A program made the translations under genes and the position numbers. The notes beneath the pieces are model-generated. The model was not told the DNA's origin. It ran no database searches and saw nothing but the letters and a program-made list of their open reading frames with translations. Source: Octopus sinensis (taxonomy: Eukaryota). Taken from it: DNA of 64,000 nt. Positions 48,444 to 59,512 of the stretch are shown in pieces. Numbering within the stretch: the first letter of the stretch is position 1; every line of letters starts with the position of its first letter. Where the stretch lies: contig NC_043026.1 of assembly GCF_006345805.1 (NCBI RefSeq), positions 10,788,001 to 10,852,000 of the forward strand, read 5' to 3'.

Positions 48444-49865
48444 TCATGTTCCACTGTTTAAAGTCTTTCTGTTTGCATGTATTTGTTTGTGTCTTTTTAA
48501 GTTTCTGTTCGTCCCAAAAGATTTCCCACAGATATCACAAGGATGAGGTTTTTCTCCAGTATGACTTCGTACATGACTGACAAGATTAGAATTATCAGAG
48601 AATGTCTTCTCACATACTTCACATCTAAAGGGTTTTTCCCCAGTATGAATTCTTCTATGTTTCTTTAAATCACTGTTAGAAACAAAACATTTCCCACAGA
48701 TTTCACAACGAAAAGCTTTCTCCCCATTATGTATCTTCTTATGTCTGTTTAAAGTACTATTGGAGACAAAAGACTTCTCACAGATTTCACAGTTAAATAG
48801 TTTTTCTCCAGAATGCATCATCATGTGTTTCTTCAAGTGACCATTAGTTATAAACGATTTTCCGCACTTTCCACAATAACACAGATTTTCTCCCGTGTGG
48901 ATTCGTCTGTGAGACGTAAAATCACTTTTAGCAACAAAATTCTTCCCACATATTTCGCACTGCCACGGTTTCTCCCCTGTATGCACTGATTTGTGAGTAT
49001 CTAAGCAGCTATATTTCGCAAAAGCTTTTCCACATATTTCACAGTGCCAAGGTTTCTCTCCAGAATGTGTCATTTTGTGAACAATTAGATTCGATTTCTG
49101 AACGAAATTTTTCCCACATATTTCACAGAGGTAAGGTTTTTCTCCCGTATGTATCCGTTCGTGTGTTGATAAATTACTCTTCTTCATAAAACATTTGCCA
49201 CAAATGTCACAATGAAACGGTTTCTCTCCCGTGTGACTACGTTTATGTACAGTCAACTTACATTTCTGATTGAAACAATCTCCGCAAATTTCACAGTCAT
49301 AGGACTTATCTCCAGTGTGTAGTTGTTTATGGACTACAAGACAAGAATTACCAGAGTAAGATTTTCCGCACATTTCACACTGAAACGGTTTTTCTCCAGT
49401 GTGACTACGTTTGTGGAAAACAAGATTAGAATTATTTATAAAAGACTTTCCGCATATTTCACAGTGGAAGGGTTTATCTCCAGTATGTATTCGTTTGTGT
49501 GTGATTAAATTACTCTTGTTGACAAAACATTTCCCGCATATGTCACAACGAAACGGCTTCTCTGCAGTGTGACCACGTTTATGCACGGTCAGCTTCCATT
49601 TCTGATGGAAACATTTTCCACATATTTCACAGTGGTAAGTTTTATCCTCAGAGTGTATTTCTTCATGCTTCAAAACTTCATGTTCTGAAGAGAATGTCTT
49701 CCTACAAACATCACGTCTATATTCAGCAATATTTCCCTGTAACGATCTTTCATTAGTAAATGTTTCACTAAAAACAGGTTTCTCATCTCCGTCTGTTTCA
49801 CTAAATGTTTCTATATCGCTAAAAACATTAGTGTTTGAAGTATCAAAATGATCACTGTTCTCCAT
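48444..49865 (-). CDS. Z6: C2H2 zinc-finger protein, 473 aa, 15 repeats (first has Cys to Arg)
   Basis: Intact frame; leader MENSDHFDTSNTNVF is related to Z5. Confidence 0.94.
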   Translation of the reverse strand: MENSDHFDTSNTNVFSDIETFSETDGDEKPVFSETFTNERSLQGNIAEYRRDVCRKTFSSEHEVLKHEEIHSEDKTYHCEICGKCFHQKWKLTVHKRGHTAEKPFRCDICGKCFVNKSNLITHKRIHTGDKPFHCEICGKSFINNSNLVFHKRSHTGEKPFQCEMCGKSYSGNSCLVVHKQLHTGDKSYDCEICGDCFNQKCKLTVHKRSHTGEKPFHCDICGKCFMKKSNLSTHERIHTGEKPYLCEICGKNFVQKSNLIVHKMTHSGEKPWHCEICGKAFAKYSCLDTHKSVHTGEKPWQCEICGKNFVAKSDFTSHRRIHTGENLCYCGKCGKSFITNGHLKKHMMMHSGEKLFNCEICEKSFVSNSTLNRHKKIHNGEKAFRCEICGKCFVSNSDLKKHRRIHTGEKPFRCEVCEKTFSDNSNLVSHVRSHTGEKPHPCDICGKSFGTNRNLKRHKQIHANRKTLNSGT

Positions 49866-50335
49866 ATCAATTCTTGGGGAATTCTTTAAAAATTGACAAA
49901 TGTCCGTGCGTTAATCTGTTATGGTTCGGTTTCTTGTCTTAGATATCAGTCCTCTGTTTACAAGTGTGGAACAGATGCAATGTAGATATATTTTCTACTC
50001 ACCAGTGGAATGTTTGATATAAAGTCCAAATGAAAAGTGAGGAAAGTTCATTAATTAGTTGTAGATTAAAAGCCATTTCCCGCTGCCCTGTAAAATAGGG
50101 AACAACCAATTAACGATGTAAGCTGCGATGAAATGCAATATTTAATCCTGAAGGTGATCGAACACCAACTCCGAAACATGCAGGTTGCCCTATCTTATTA
50201 ACAAACATTAACGTTCCTCTTAACAAGAGATAATAATAACAACGTGTGATATAATTAATATGATTAAGAGCCATTCGTCGGTGCTGTTGATAATTATTCC
50301 CCTTGTTTTTGAATGACACCGGTGACGTGTATCAA
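49866..50335 (-). promoter_or_regulatory. Z6 5' module type A
   Basis: Core at 50314-50328 (acgtcaccggtgtca on the minus strand) and donor at 50002. The aligned proximal acceptor reads AA instead of AG (49893). Confidence 0.6.
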
Positions 50336-50604
50336 AAGGTGATGAATTTAATCCGGCAAAATCTTCTCTTGACGAAGGAGATGCTTCGTTAATCACCGAT
50401 TAACTACAGCTGGCCGGACATTTTGCCTGGCACATCAAACAAGAAATTACATCGAATCTATTCAGTGGTGCGATCTGCCTGATGTTGAGCCATGTCTCAT
50501 GCAGCCCGCTTTTCGAAAAGTTTGCCCATGCCTACATTATATGTAGTCGCTGGATCTGCTGAAAGAGCAACTACACTCCCTTCGATCAACACCCTATTGT
50601 TGTC

Positions 50605-50820
50605 TTAACCCTTTAGTATTCAGATTATTCTGTCAAAAGTAATGCTTAGTTATTCACATTGTTTTGATTTAATCATAGTTTCAAGATTTCAATGATGTGA
50701 TTGATTGTTTTTAGAATGACATTTTAGGGTACATGTGAGAGGTCAGCTCTGGCTGGTCTGAACATAAAACGGGTGGAATATTTGGGCCGGATATGGCCGG
50801 TTTAGATGCTAAAGGGTTAA
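50605..50820. mobile_element. piggyBac-like MITE
   Basis: ttaaCCCTTTAG...CTAAAGGGttaa. A full copy is also at 61311-61529, with partial copies near 13430-13650, 18281-18400, 60910-61080 and 63705-63865. Confidence 0.75.
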
Positions 50821-50859
50821 AAGATAAGAGGAATATAGTCCAAGATATACAAAACAAGT

Positions 50860-51063
50860 AGCACGCCGGGCGAAATGCGTAGCTGTATTTCGTCTGCCGT
50901 TACGTTCTGAGTTCAAATTCCGCCGAGGTCGACTTTGCCTTTCATCCTTTCGGGGGCGATAAATTAAGTACCAGTTACGCACTGGTGTCGATGTAATCGA
51001 CTTAATCCCTTTGTCTGTCCTTGTTTGTCCCCTCTATGTTTAGCCCCTTGTGGATAATAAAGA
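50860..51063 (+). mobile_element. SINE family 2, 5'-truncated
   Basis: Body and 70-bp tail as in 11764-11994. Confidence 0.88.
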
Positions 51064-52394
51064 AACAGATATACATTACAAGGAATGGTCCCGGTTGGAA
51101 CTTATTTGATTACATACATATATACATATAGAGAGTGGGGGAAAATGAGGTGTTTTTACTGCATTTTTTATGTTGAGACAAAATATATTTTTTACAAATG
51201 TTCGCTACTTTAAAAAAAAATATATCAGCTAAGCAAATGGTTTTCCCTAAATGCATTAAAAGCATTATAACACATAATCTAATCATTATTATCAGAATAT
51301 TATATTCTGTTCTCTTTGAGCATATAAAAGACAGATTTCACTGAGGCAAAATGAGTAAGACAATATATTGTAAATTTGCAGCTTCAATTCTCTAGAAAAC
51401 AGACTCATACACATCAATATCAATCCCTAGACATCAGAAAGATAAGAAATGTAAAAAAAAAAAAAAAATTGCTATCTTGGTCAAATGAAAGAGGATCAGG
51501 GGAAAATAGCACGATATGAAATTAACTGCAAATGCAAAATATAAGTTAGTCCTGGAGCGCGCAATGTTCCTGAAGGTCAACAATATTTGTGTGTAGAAAG
51601 AAGACTGTCATATATATGTGTATATTTGTGTGTGTGTTTGTACCCCCACCATTGCTTGACAACCGATGTTACTGTGTTTACGTTCCCATAAATTAGTGGT
51701 TGGGCAAAAGACACTGATAGAATAAGTACTAGGCTTATAAAGAATATATCACGCAGTCAATTTGTTTGGATAAAGGCAGTGCTCCAGCATGGCCACAGTC
51801 ACATGACTGAAACAAGTAAAACAATAAAAAAAACTATGCTATTTTAATCCTGAGCAAGGCTGGTATATCTGCTAGTTTATATATATATATACCTTTTTTT
51901 CAGGATTAAATATAAAAGACATCCAAAAGGAAAAACGACCCACCTATATCATAAAAATAATAAAAAAACGTAGTAAATAAATAAACGAACATATACTAAA
52001 TACACAGGTGGACAGAAAACATAGGTCGCCAATTCTTCGTCAGTTATCAGCCAGAGAGGTCAAATGCAATTCCAGCCATCATATATATATATATATATAA
52101 ATATATATATATACGTTTATATATTTGTTGTGCAAGATTTTTTATGTGAAGTTGTGTGTTGAAACAGATATTGTTGTATTTAGGAATGGTCATTTTGCCA
52201 GTTTAGACGAAAGAACTCTGGCCGAAATCAGATTAAGATTAATGTAAAAAATAAATAACACTGAAGCAAAGTAACACTAAATATATAGTGCGGGTGTTTT
52301 TATTGGCTAAACTGGCAAAATGACCATTCCTAAATACAACAATATATACATATACATACATACATACATATATATACACCTAAGATGTTCAGAA

Positions 52395-52732
52395 AACAGA
52401 TCCATCACGTCAGGGGAAGAAACTAGAAGTAGTTGATAGCTTCCACTACCTAGATGATCAAGTCTGTAGTTGGATCATGTTCTGAAAGCATTGCCACAAG
52501 AATAAGAATAGCCTGGGCAAAGTTCAGAAAGCTCCTACCACTGCTGGTGACAATGGGCCTCTCGCTCAGAATGAAAGGTAGATTGTATGATGCATGTGTG
52601 TGAACTGCCATGCCACACAGCAGTGAAACATGGGCCATGACTGTTGAGGACCTATGTAGACTTAAATGAAGCTAGTATGATCTGCTAGATGTGTAATGTC
52701 AGTATGCACACACAACAGAGTGTAAGCGCCTG
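52395..52732 (+). mobile_element. RTE ORF2 fragment
   Basis: LEVVDSFHYLDDQV...IRIAWAKFRKLLPLLV...KGRLYDACV homology. Confidence 0.8.
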
Positions 52733-52734
52733 GT

Positions 52735-53355
52735 GACTCTCAGCTCAGTGGTTGGATGCCAACAAAGCCCCACGGCACTTCCCGAAGGCAAAGTTGCTCC
52801 AAAAGAAGGTCACGGTGACTGTTTGGTGGTCTGTGGCTGGTCTCACAGCTTTTTGGATCCAGGCAAAACCATTACGGCAGAGAAGTACTGTCAGCAAATG
52901 GATAAAATGCATAAGAAACTCCGACAACAGCAGCCATTATTGGTCAGTAGAAAAGGACCAATTCTTCTTCACAACAACGTTCGGCTGCACGTCGCACAAC
53001 TCACCCTGCAGAAGTTGAACGAATTGGTCTATGAAACTCTGCCTCATCCGCCATACTCACCAGACCTCTCGCCTACCGACGACCACCTTTTCAAGCATCT
53101 CGACAACTTCCTATGTGAGAAATGCTTCAAAAACCAAGACGATGCCAAACATGCCTTCATCGCCACCAGAACACAGGATTTTTATGCTACCGGCATAAAT
53201 AAACTTGTTTCGCATTGGCAAAAGTGTGTTGATTCTGATGGTGTTTATTTTGATTAATAAAGTTTTGTTTGAGCTGAGATGTGAGCATCTGAATTTAAAG
53301 GTTAAAAACCGCAAGAACTTTCATGACAACCAAATAGTTTTTGTTCCAAACATCA
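52735..53355 (+). mobile_element. Mariner transposase C-terminal half with 3' TIR
   Basis: KKVTVTVWWSVAG...TLPHPPYSPDLSPTDDHLFKHLDNFL...WQKCVDSDGVYFD*. Confidence 0.9.
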
Positions 53356-53469
53356 GCTAATTAAAAACAACAAAGTTCTTTTACTAAATGCTTTATCATT
53401 TTCAAAATTCACTGAAACATTTTATTTCAACATAAATATGGTAACAAAAAGGGTTAACGTCTTGGGTGT

Positions 53470-53990
53470 CTTTGTGATTTACAGAACTACAATTCAGAGA
53501 ATCATTTCCAACATATCTCAAAATGACAATTTCTATCTCCAGTCTGTATTCACATGTTGAGACTTCAGGTGTAGACTTTCTATACATAGAACAAGTCACC
53601 ACATATTTCACATTGAAAATACTGTTAACTTTTTTGGACCAGTGTTTATCTACTCTTGTGTTTTTCTCCATCACAACGTATGAATGAGAAAGGAAGGGGT
53701 GATGGCAAACTGGTAGTGGGATGATGGAAATTCTATGGTGAAATCAAGTAACATTGCAACTCTATGTGAGTATATGTCTGTGTATGTAAAAAGGAGGTAT
53801 GTGAATGTTTGTGTGTGTGTGCAATGGGATGGTGAACATTCAATGCTGAAAAGAAAACTCAAACAGCGTTTCAACTCTGTGAGTATATGTATGTGTGTAA
53901 GTACAAGTGAATGTTTGTATGTGTGAACCAGCATTCTTTCAGTAACAAACGATCAATGTCACATCTCAAAAGACAACCACCAGATGACAT
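53470..53990 (-). pseudogene. Decayed zinc-finger repeats downstream of Z7
   Basis: Minus strand has ttcaatgtgaaatatgtggtgacttgttc (FQCEICGDLF) and cattttgagatatgttggaaatgattctct. Confidence 0.55.
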
Positions 53991-54768
53991 TGACAAGTGT
54001 ATTAATTTGATTTACCATCCATATTCAATCTGTTTTGCTAAAAATAATTATTACAATCACACACACCTATACAAACTCATTAGAGAAAATAATTATTGCC
54101 TGAGTATATCAAGAATATAAAACAACTGCAGTTGAAAGGTATATTATAAATTTGGTAATAAAAGAATTATTAAACTAAAACTTGGTTTTGTACCTTATTT
54201 ATATATAAAATACTACAATTAGCCACCATGGGGTCAACTAGTTCATTTATAAACAACTTTATAATTCATGTATACGGATTTCTCAAATATATTAATGAAA
54301 TATTTTCTCTTGGTCATTTCTTTCCTTCCTTTCTATAAAAAGAAAGAAACCAATTAATTTCAACTCTAAATGACCATAGATGGACTTGTTTAAAGATATA
54401 AGACAAAAAAAAACAAAAAAAAAACATTATCTTGAATTAATCTGAATGTTAAAAGGTTAATAAAGGTAAAATTGGACCATCCATAGATATTTTGATAACA
54501 ATAATGGAACTTATGATAAAACAGGGATGCTTTCCTCTTTTGCCTTCCACTGGGAAAAAACAAAAACTTTCCAACATAAAAACTATTCTCTCTCCTGAAG
54601 TACATATATTCTCCCTTCCTCTCTCTCTTACTGCCATAATAGCAAGTCCAGCAAGCAACAAACATGTAGATTTAATCAAATAGTCTCTCTTAAATAAAGA
54701 CAAGAACACAAGGAGAATGACTTCCAACGTACTTTATGAAGATAAAATGTTTGTCCCTTGGCTATCTA

Positions 54769-55081
54769 TAAATCATCATCATCATCGTTTAATGTCCGTT
54801 TTCCATGCTAGCATGGGTTGGACAGTTCAACTGGGGTCTGGGAAGCCAGGAGGCTGCACCAGGCCCAGTCTGATCTGGCAGTGTTTCTACAGCTGGATGC
54901 CCTTCCTAACGCCAACCACTCCGTGAGTGTAGTGGGTGCTTTTTTACGTGCCACCTACACAGGTGCCAGACGAGGCTGGCAAACGGCCACAATCGGATGG
55001 TGCTTTTTATGTGCCACCAGCATGGAGGCCAGTCGGGGCGGTGCTGGCAACAGCCACGTTCGGATGGTTCTCTTATGTGCC
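54769..55081 (-). mobile_element. RTE 3' UTR copy abutting the Z7 stop
   Basis: (cat)n start; homology extends to within about 8 bp of the stop codon. Confidence 0.85.
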
Positions 55082-55088
55082 TTTAAAA

Positions 55089-56699
55089 TTAGTCCAAATG
55101 GTTCATTCCGGGATGTGTTTTCTTGTGCGTTTTCAAGACACTGTTAGTGCGAAAAGATTTTCCACATATATCGCAATTGAAAAGTCTTTCTCCACTGTGA
55201 ATACGTTTGTGAACAACAAGACTGAAATCACGGGTAAAACATTTCCCACAGGTTTCACAGTGGAAAGGTCTTTCTCCCGTGTGTGTTTGTTTGTGCTTTA
55301 TCAAATTGCTATTATCAATAAAACTTTTCCCACAGGTTTCGCAGTGAAAAGAGTTTTCTCCTGTGTGACAACGTATATGTTTTGTCAAATAGCTATTATC
55401 AACATAAGATTTCCCACAAATTTCACAGTGGAAAGGTTTCTCTCCAGTGTGAATACGTTTGTGGATAACAAGACTTGTACTGACAGTGAAGGACTTCCCA
55501 CATATATTACAAGAATATGGTTTTTCTCCAGCATGTCTACGCATGTGGACTGCAAGAGAAGAATTGTCAGAGAACGATTTACCACACACTTCACAATGAT
55601 AAGGTTTTTCTCCAGAATGAGTCCTCTTGTGCCTGTTTAAATTATATTGATGTAGAAAAGATTTACTACATATATCACAATGATATGGTTTTTCCCCAGT
55701 ATGTGTTTTGTGATGCAAATTTAAATGACTTTTAGAAATAAAACATTTCCCACAGATTTCACAACGAAAGGGTTTTTCCCCCGTGTGAGTTTTGTTGTGC
55801 CTGTCTAAACAATTTTTAGTAAAAAACGATTTCCCGCAAATCTCACAGTGGAAGGGTTGTTTTCCACTGTGACTACGTTTGTGGGATACAAGATGAAAGT
55901 TTTTAATGAAATGCTTCCCACATATCTCACAGTGGAAGGGTTCCTCCTCCGTGTGTATTCGTTTATGATTTACAAGACATGAATTATTAATAAAGAATTT
56001 TCCACAAATTTCACAAGAAAAGAGTTTTTCTTCAGCATGTGTCCGTTTGTGTCTTGTCAAATAACTATTACAAAGAAAAGATTTCCCACAAATTTCACAG
56101 TGGAAAGGCTTCTCTCCAGTGTGGATACGTTTGTGAATAACAAGACTCCCACCAACAGAGAATGATTTCCCACAAATATTACAAGAATATGGTTTTTCTC
56201 CAGTGTGACTACGCTTGTGGACTACAAGATGAGAACTGTCAGAGAAGGATTTCCCACACACTTCACAATGATATGGTTTTTCTCCAGAATGAGTTCTCTT
56301 GTGTCTGTTTAAATCGTATTTAAAAAGAAAACATTTCTCACAAATTTCACAGTGGAAAGGTTTTTCTCCAGTATGTCCTTTGTTATGTCTGTTCAAATCA
56401 TGTTTCGAAAGAAACGATTTCTCGCATATCTCACAGTGATAGGATCGTCCTCCAGTATGACTACGTATGTGGGATACAAGAAGAGGCTTCTTCATGAAAC
56501 ATTTACCACATATTTCACAGTGGAACGGCCTCTTATTCTGGTGTATTTCTTTATGCTTCAAAACTTCATGTTCTGATGATAATGTTTTCTTACAAACATC
56601 ACATCTATATTCAATATTTCCCTGTAACGATCTTCCTTTAGAAAGTGTTTCGTTATATACAGCTTCCTCATTTCTGCCCGTCTGTGTAACGTTCTCCAT
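55089..56699 (-). CDS. Z7: C2H2 zinc-finger protein, 536 aa from MENV, 18 fingers
   Basis: Intact array. An in-frame ATG also lies at 56708; the track start at 56711 is TTG. Confidence 0.95.
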   Translation of the reverse strand: MENVTQTGRNEEAVYNETLSKGRSLQGNIEYRCDVCKKTLSSEHEVLKHKEIHQNKRPFHCEICGKCFMKKPLLVSHIRSHTGGRSYHCEICEKSFLSKHDLNRHNKGHTGEKPFHCEICEKCFLFKYDLNRHKRTHSGEKPYHCEVCGKSFSDSSHLVVHKRSHTGEKPYSCNICGKSFSVGGSLVIHKRIHTGEKPFHCEICGKSFLCNSYLTRHKRTHAEEKLFSCEICGKFFINNSCLVNHKRIHTEEEPFHCEICGKHFIKNFHLVSHKRSHSGKQPFHCEICGKSFFTKNCLDRHNKTHTGEKPFRCEICGKCFISKSHLNLHHKTHTGEKPYHCDICSKSFLHQYNLNRHKRTHSGEKPYHCEVCGKSFSDNSSLAVHMRRHAGEKPYSCNICGKSFTVSTSLVIHKRIHTGEKPFHCEICGKSYVDNSYLTKHIRCHTGENSFHCETCGKSFIDNSNLIKHKQTHTGERPFHCETCGKCFTRDFSLVVHKRIHSGERLFNCDICGKSFRTNSVLKTHKKTHPGMNHLD

Positions 56700-57260
56700 A
56701 TTAATCATCAAGGAATTCTCAAAAGCTGAAAATTGTCTTTAGATATAATCTACCGTCGCTCACTTCGTCCTTTTCGATATTGCAGATCTCTGCTTACATG
56801 TGTGGAATATTTCCAAGGTAGATACATTTTTCTACTCACTGCTACACTGTTTCTTACTGACTAATTCACAATTTAATTATTCTGTAGTCCATAAAATATA
56901 GAGCATCCATATACGATTGGTAACAAACGTTCTTATGAGATTGGCATTATTCTACAAGTTATAGTGGAGAGATCTGTAAACAAGAAAAGGTACGACAGTG
57001 TAAAATCGATGTAGGAGAAAGAAAATGTGTGCACTTTCAGTCTTAATAAATCGGGAAAGTTTATCACGCATAGAAGTGAACAATGTTGTTCCAAGGCGAC
57101 AATCGAAGGAACGAGTTCTTCCGACTTAAAGAGGAACAGAAAAATTAAGAATGATCAGAGTAAAGATAATTACAATATATGATATAAATAGATTAATTAG
57201 CTGAAATAATTACAAACAGATTCAATTTTTCCTTGTTTCAATGACACCGGTGATAGTTGT
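56700..57260 (-). promoter_or_regulatory. Z7 5' module (type A core, type B UTR exon, intron 56726-56839)
   Basis: Inverted homolog of 57885-58432. Confidence 0.6.
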
Positions 57261-57502
57261 AAAGTGTCCCTAACATAATTTATTACGTTCAAATACTGCT
57301 GAAATCATTAAATTATTTTGTTCATTTTTTTGTCTTTTTCTATTTTGAGAATTGTTTTTACTTTCATTTTTTTTCTTTTATAAGATTTTGCTGGCAAATT
57401 CTTAAATTAACATAAACATTTTTATTTATTTGAAAGAAAATTACTGGAGAATTTTTTTTATTCACAATGGCTCGATACAAGGAGCATATTAACATAAAGT
57501 GA

Positions 57503-57830
57503 AGGTGCATGGCTCAGTGGTTAAATCATGAGGTAGTGAGTTCGATTCCCAGACTGGTCTGTGTGTTGTGTTCTTCAGCAAGACCATTTATTTCATTTGT
57601 TCTATTTCACTCAGCTGTAGAAATGAGATGCGACGTTACTGGTGCCAAGCTGTATCGACCATTGCCTTTCCCGTGGACAACATAAGTGGCGTAGCGAGGG
57701 GAGACTGGTATACATGCGCGGCGGGTGCAGGTCTTCCATAAACAACCCTGCCAGGACTTGCACCTCTGAGGGCAACTTTGGATCTTTCTATGTGCAATCT
57801 CATGGTCATTCATGATCGATGTGGGTCTTT
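57503..57830 (+). mobile_element. SINE family 4 between the Z7 and Z8 promoters
   Basis: tggctcagtgg and gagttcgattcc boxes. A second copy lies at 63512-64000. Confidence 0.75.
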
Positions 57831-57884
57831 ATTAATATAAAATGAAGCTGTTTCTGAATATATCAGATTATGTTAGGGACACTT

Positions 57885-58432
57885 TACACCTGTCACCGGT
57901 GTCATTCAAACGAAGCAGAAAAGCTTTGAACGACACCGCCTTCTGAATATGTTTGTAGCTAATTAATCTAATTATATCATGTATTGTAATTATCTCGTAT
58001 TAATTAACCAGTAACTAATTATTATCTTTTACTCTGATCCTTCTTAATTTTTCTGTTCCTCTTCAAGTCAGAAAGACTCTTTCCTTCGATTGTCACCTTA
58101 GAACAAAATAGTTCACTTTACATCGATCTTACACTACTATACCTTCTCTTATTTACAGATGCCCTGACTGATCCCGCCTTTGTAACTTGTAGAACGATGC
58201 CTATCTCATAAGAACGTTTGTTACCACGCGTATATTTATGGACTACAGAACATCATTAAATTGTAAATTAGTCATGAAGGAACATTCTAGCAGTGAGTAG
58301 AAAAATGTATCTACCTTGGAAATATTCCCCACTTGTAAGCAGAGATCTGCAATATCGAAAAGGACGAAGTGAGCGACGGTAGATTATATCTAAAGACATT
58401 TTTCAGCTTTTGAGAATTCCTTGAGAATTAAT
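57885..58432 (+). promoter_or_regulatory. Z8 5' module (core 57892-57904, intron 58293-58406)
   Basis: gtcaccggtgtca, aacgacaccgcc, ca|gtgagt and ttttcag. Confidence 0.6.
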
Positions 58433-59461
58433 ATGGAGAACGTTGCACGGACGGGCAGAAATGAGGGAGCTGTACATAACGAAACATTTTCTAAAGAAAG
58501 ATCGTTGCAGGGAAATATTACTGAATATAGATGTGATGTTTGTAAGAAAACATTCTCTTCAGAACCTGAAGTTTTGAAGCATAAAGAAATACATCAGAAG
58601 AAGCGGCCCTTTCGCTGTGAAATATGTGGTAAATGTTTCATTAAGAACTCTCATCTTGTAACCCACAAACGCAGTCACACTGGAGAAAAACCATATCGAT
58701 GTGACATCTGTGGGAAATCTTTCATTTCTCAAAGTAGTTTAAATATGCATAATCGGACTCACACTGGGGAGAAACCTTTCCACTGTGAATTATGTGGGAA
58801 ACGTTTTATTGATGTTGGTCATTTAATAAGACACAAACGAACCCACTCTGGAGAAAAGCCATATCATTGTGAGATCTGTGGGAAATGTTTTATTGAAAAT
58901 TCTAAGCTTGTGGGACACATACGTAGTCACACTGGAGAGAGGCCATTCCACTGTGAAATTTGTGGGAAATCCTTCTCTGATAATTCTAATCTTGTTGTCC
59001 ACAAGCGTAGACACACTGGGGAAAAACTGTATTCTTGTAATATATGTGGGAAATCATTCTCTGTTAGTGGGAGCCTCGTTATCCACAAGCGTATCCACAC
59101 GGGTGAGAAGCCTTTCCACTGTGAAATTTGCGAGACATCTTTTGGTGATAAAAGTTCTTTAAAGAGACACGTACGTATCCACTCTGGGGAAAAACCTTTC
59201 CATTGTGAAATATGTGGGAAATCTTTCCTTGATAATGGTAATTTAAGAAAACACATACGTAGACACATAGGAGCAGAACCTTTCCACTGTGAGATATGTG
59301 GGAAATCTCTCGTTAGTAATGCTAGTTTAATTATACATAAACGAACACACACTGGGGAAAGACCTTTCCACTGTGATATATGTGGTAAGTCTTTTCCCAG
59401 CAACAATAATTTAAACAGGCACAACAGAAGCCACTCTGGAGAAGAAACCATAAAATTGTGA
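58433..59461 (+). CDS. Z8: C2H2 zinc-finger protein, 342 aa, 11 fingers
   Basis: Intact array ending in a frameshifted linker (SGEETIKL*). The track start at 58421 is TTG. Confidence 0.93.
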   Translation: MENVARTGRNEGAVHNETFSKERSLQGNITEYRCDVCKKTFSSEPEVLKHKEIHQKKRPFRCEICGKCFIKNSHLVTHKRSHTGEKPYRCDICGKSFISQSSLNMHNRTHTGEKPFHCELCGKRFIDVGHLIRHKRTHSGEKPYHCEICGKCFIENSKLVGHIRSHTGERPFHCEICGKSFSDNSNLVVHKRRHTGEKLYSCNICGKSFSVSGSLVIHKRIHTGEKPFHCEICETSFGDKSSLKRHVRIHSGEKPFHCEICGKSFLDNGNLRKHIRRHIGAEPFHCEICGKSLVSNASLIIHKRTHTGERPFHCDICGKSFPSNNNLNRHNRSHSGEETIKL

Positions 59462-59512
59462 AATATGTTGGAAGTCCTTCTCTGTATATTTGAGATGTAT
59501 TGTCCACAAGCA

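Noticed and set aside
54936-55640. 234-aa plus-strand ORF
   Set aside because: Read-through of an RTE 3' UTR into the antisense of Z7, with a non-ATG start.
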